Assembly: GCF_033790845.1 (NCBI RefSeq)
Contig: NZ_JAMYEI010000008.1
Location: forward strand, 39,044 to 63,043
DNA: 24,000 bases
From: Dietzia sp. PP-33
GTDB lineage: Bacteria > Actinomycetota > Actinomycetes > Mycobacteriales > Mycobacteriaceae
Direction: 5' to 3'
Below the pieces are notes generated by a model. That model saw only the letters and a program-made list of their open reading frames with translations, made no database searches and was not told where the DNA came from. Positions within the stretch are counted from its first letter, which is position 1, and every line of letters begins with the position of its first letter. Shown here in pieces: positions 23,317 to 24,000 of the stretch. The position numbers and the translations under genes are program-made.

Positions 23317-24000
23317 GTGGACGTCGACCCGATCTTCCGAGCCCTGGCCGACCCGACCCGTCGGCGACTTCTCGACCGACTCCGCGAGCAGAACGGACAG
23401 TCCCTGGGCCAGCTGTGCGACCGGCTTGACATGACCAGGCAATCCGCCACCAAACACCTCGACATCCTCGTCCGCGCTCACCTCGTGACCGTGGTCCGCC
23501 GAGGTCGTGAGCGACTGCACTATCTCGACCCCACACCGATCCACGACATCGAGCGCCGGTGGATCTCGGAGTTCGACGCCCCGAGACTGCGCGCCCTCGC
23601 CGCCATCCGATCCACAGCAGAAGGAGCCGTCATGATCCCCGACTACGTGTACGTGACCTACATCGAATCGACGCCCGAGCGGGTGTGGGAGGCGCTGACC
23701 GACGCCGACCTCACCGCCGCCTACTGGGGCCACGCCAACGTCTCGGACTGGCAGCCAGGCTCAACGTGGGAGCACCGCCGAACCGACGGCAGCGGCGCGG
23801 CCGACGTGACGGGCACCGTCCTCGAAGCCGTCCCCCCGACCCGACTGGTGATCACCTTCGAGGACTCCCCCGGACAGGCGGCGCGGCGCGAACCGTCCGT
23901 CGTGACGTTCGAGGTGGAGCCCTATCACGAGATCGTCAGGCTCACGGTGACCCACGAGAAGCTGCCGGACAGCGAGATGCACGCGGGGATCTCGCATGGT
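23317..24000 (+). CDS. Partial CDS (open at the window end): ArsR/SmtB-family HTH regulator fused in frame to an SRPBCC/AHSA1 (Aha1-like) domain
   Basis: I translated this by hand, as it is absent from the ORF track. The ArsR wHTH part is VDVDPIFRALADPTRRRLLDRLREQNGQSLGQLCDRLDMTRQSATKHLDILVRAHLVTVVRRGRERLHYL. With no stop, it continues as AEGAVMIPDYVYVTYIESTPERVWEALTDADLTAAYWGH...VTHEKLPDSEMHAGISHG, which is SRPBCC. An internal AAGGAG-N5-ATG lies at 23621..23634. Confidence 0.75.
   Translation, partial: MDVDPIFRALADPTRRRLLDRLREQNGQSLGQLCDRLDMTRQSATKHLDILVRAHLVTVVRRGRERLHYLDPTPIHDIERRWISEFDAPRLRALAAIRSTAEGAVMIPDYVYVTYIESTPERVWEALTDADLTAAYWGHANVSDWQPGSTWEHRRTDGSGAADVTGTVLEAVPPTRLVITFEDSPGQAARREPSVVTFEVEPYHEIVRLTVTHEKLPDSEMHAGISHG

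Noticed and set aside
23207-23997. Minus-strand ORFs 23207..23536, 23236..23733 and 23761..23997.
   Set aside because: They are antisense to the clearly recognisable ArsR HTH and SRPBCC domains on the plus strand. They have no family resemblance and are typical high-GC shadow frames.
1-24000. Search for an accessory system (defence, toxin-antitoxin, prophage, IS elements, integrases, tRNA-linked islands, GC-content breaks).
   Set aside because: Every sizeable gene has a housekeeping or catabolic assignment with conserved mycobacterial synteny. I noticed no compositional discontinuity, inverted terminal repeats or recombinase genes. The only AT-rich islands are short intergenic operators.

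Overview
High-GC (about 70%) actinobacterial chromosome with gene order typical of the Mycobacteriales/Corynebacteriales core genome. I see no mobile elements, CRISPR arrays, tRNA/rRNA genes or obvious defence islands. Left to right: (1) a minus-strand block of partial TM protein <- rimJ-like GNAT <- moeA (gephyrin-like Glp context) <- galU. This is followed by plus-strand 5-formyl-THF cyclo-ligase, a CIRCE-like operator, a zinc-ribbon protein with a long Ser/Gly tail (Ruc/Rv0991c-like), a SAF/RcpC-like protein and mscL. (2) A minus-strand envelope-stress operon mprA-mprB-pepD(htrA)-moaB, plus an unlisted 59-codon repeat ORF whose start overlaps the moaB stop. (3) A divergent cluster of six ribosomal protein genes, all Cys-less (C-) forms: rpmE2-rpmF on minus, rpmB-rpmG-rpsN-rpsR on plus. 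(4) A convergent AEC transporter and CPBP protease. (5) An eight-gene minus-strand leucine/isovalerate catabolic operon, accD1-accA1-acyl-CoA dehydrogenase-MaoC hydratase-CitE lyase-acyl-CoA ligase-scoA-scoB, which matches M. tuberculosis Rv2498c-Rv2505c with a different block order. (6) An AT-rich divergent control region with two palindromes, then a plus-strand ArsR HTH fused in frame to an SRPBCC/AHSA1 domain that runs off the window. Two CDS truncated by the window edges (1..123 minus, 23317..24000 plus) are absent from the supplied ORF track. Many long ORFs in the track are antisense or out-of-frame shadows typical of high-GC DNA. Several real genes start well inside their listed ORFs, and I re-derived those starts from SD spacing and homologue N-termini. 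This is mostly ordinary core genome. The most checkable observations are the moaB-coupled repeat micro-ORF, the ArsR-SRPBCC fusion with its two palindromic operators, the C- ribosomal cluster with no recognisable Zur box, and the CIRCE element in front of the Ruc-like gene.
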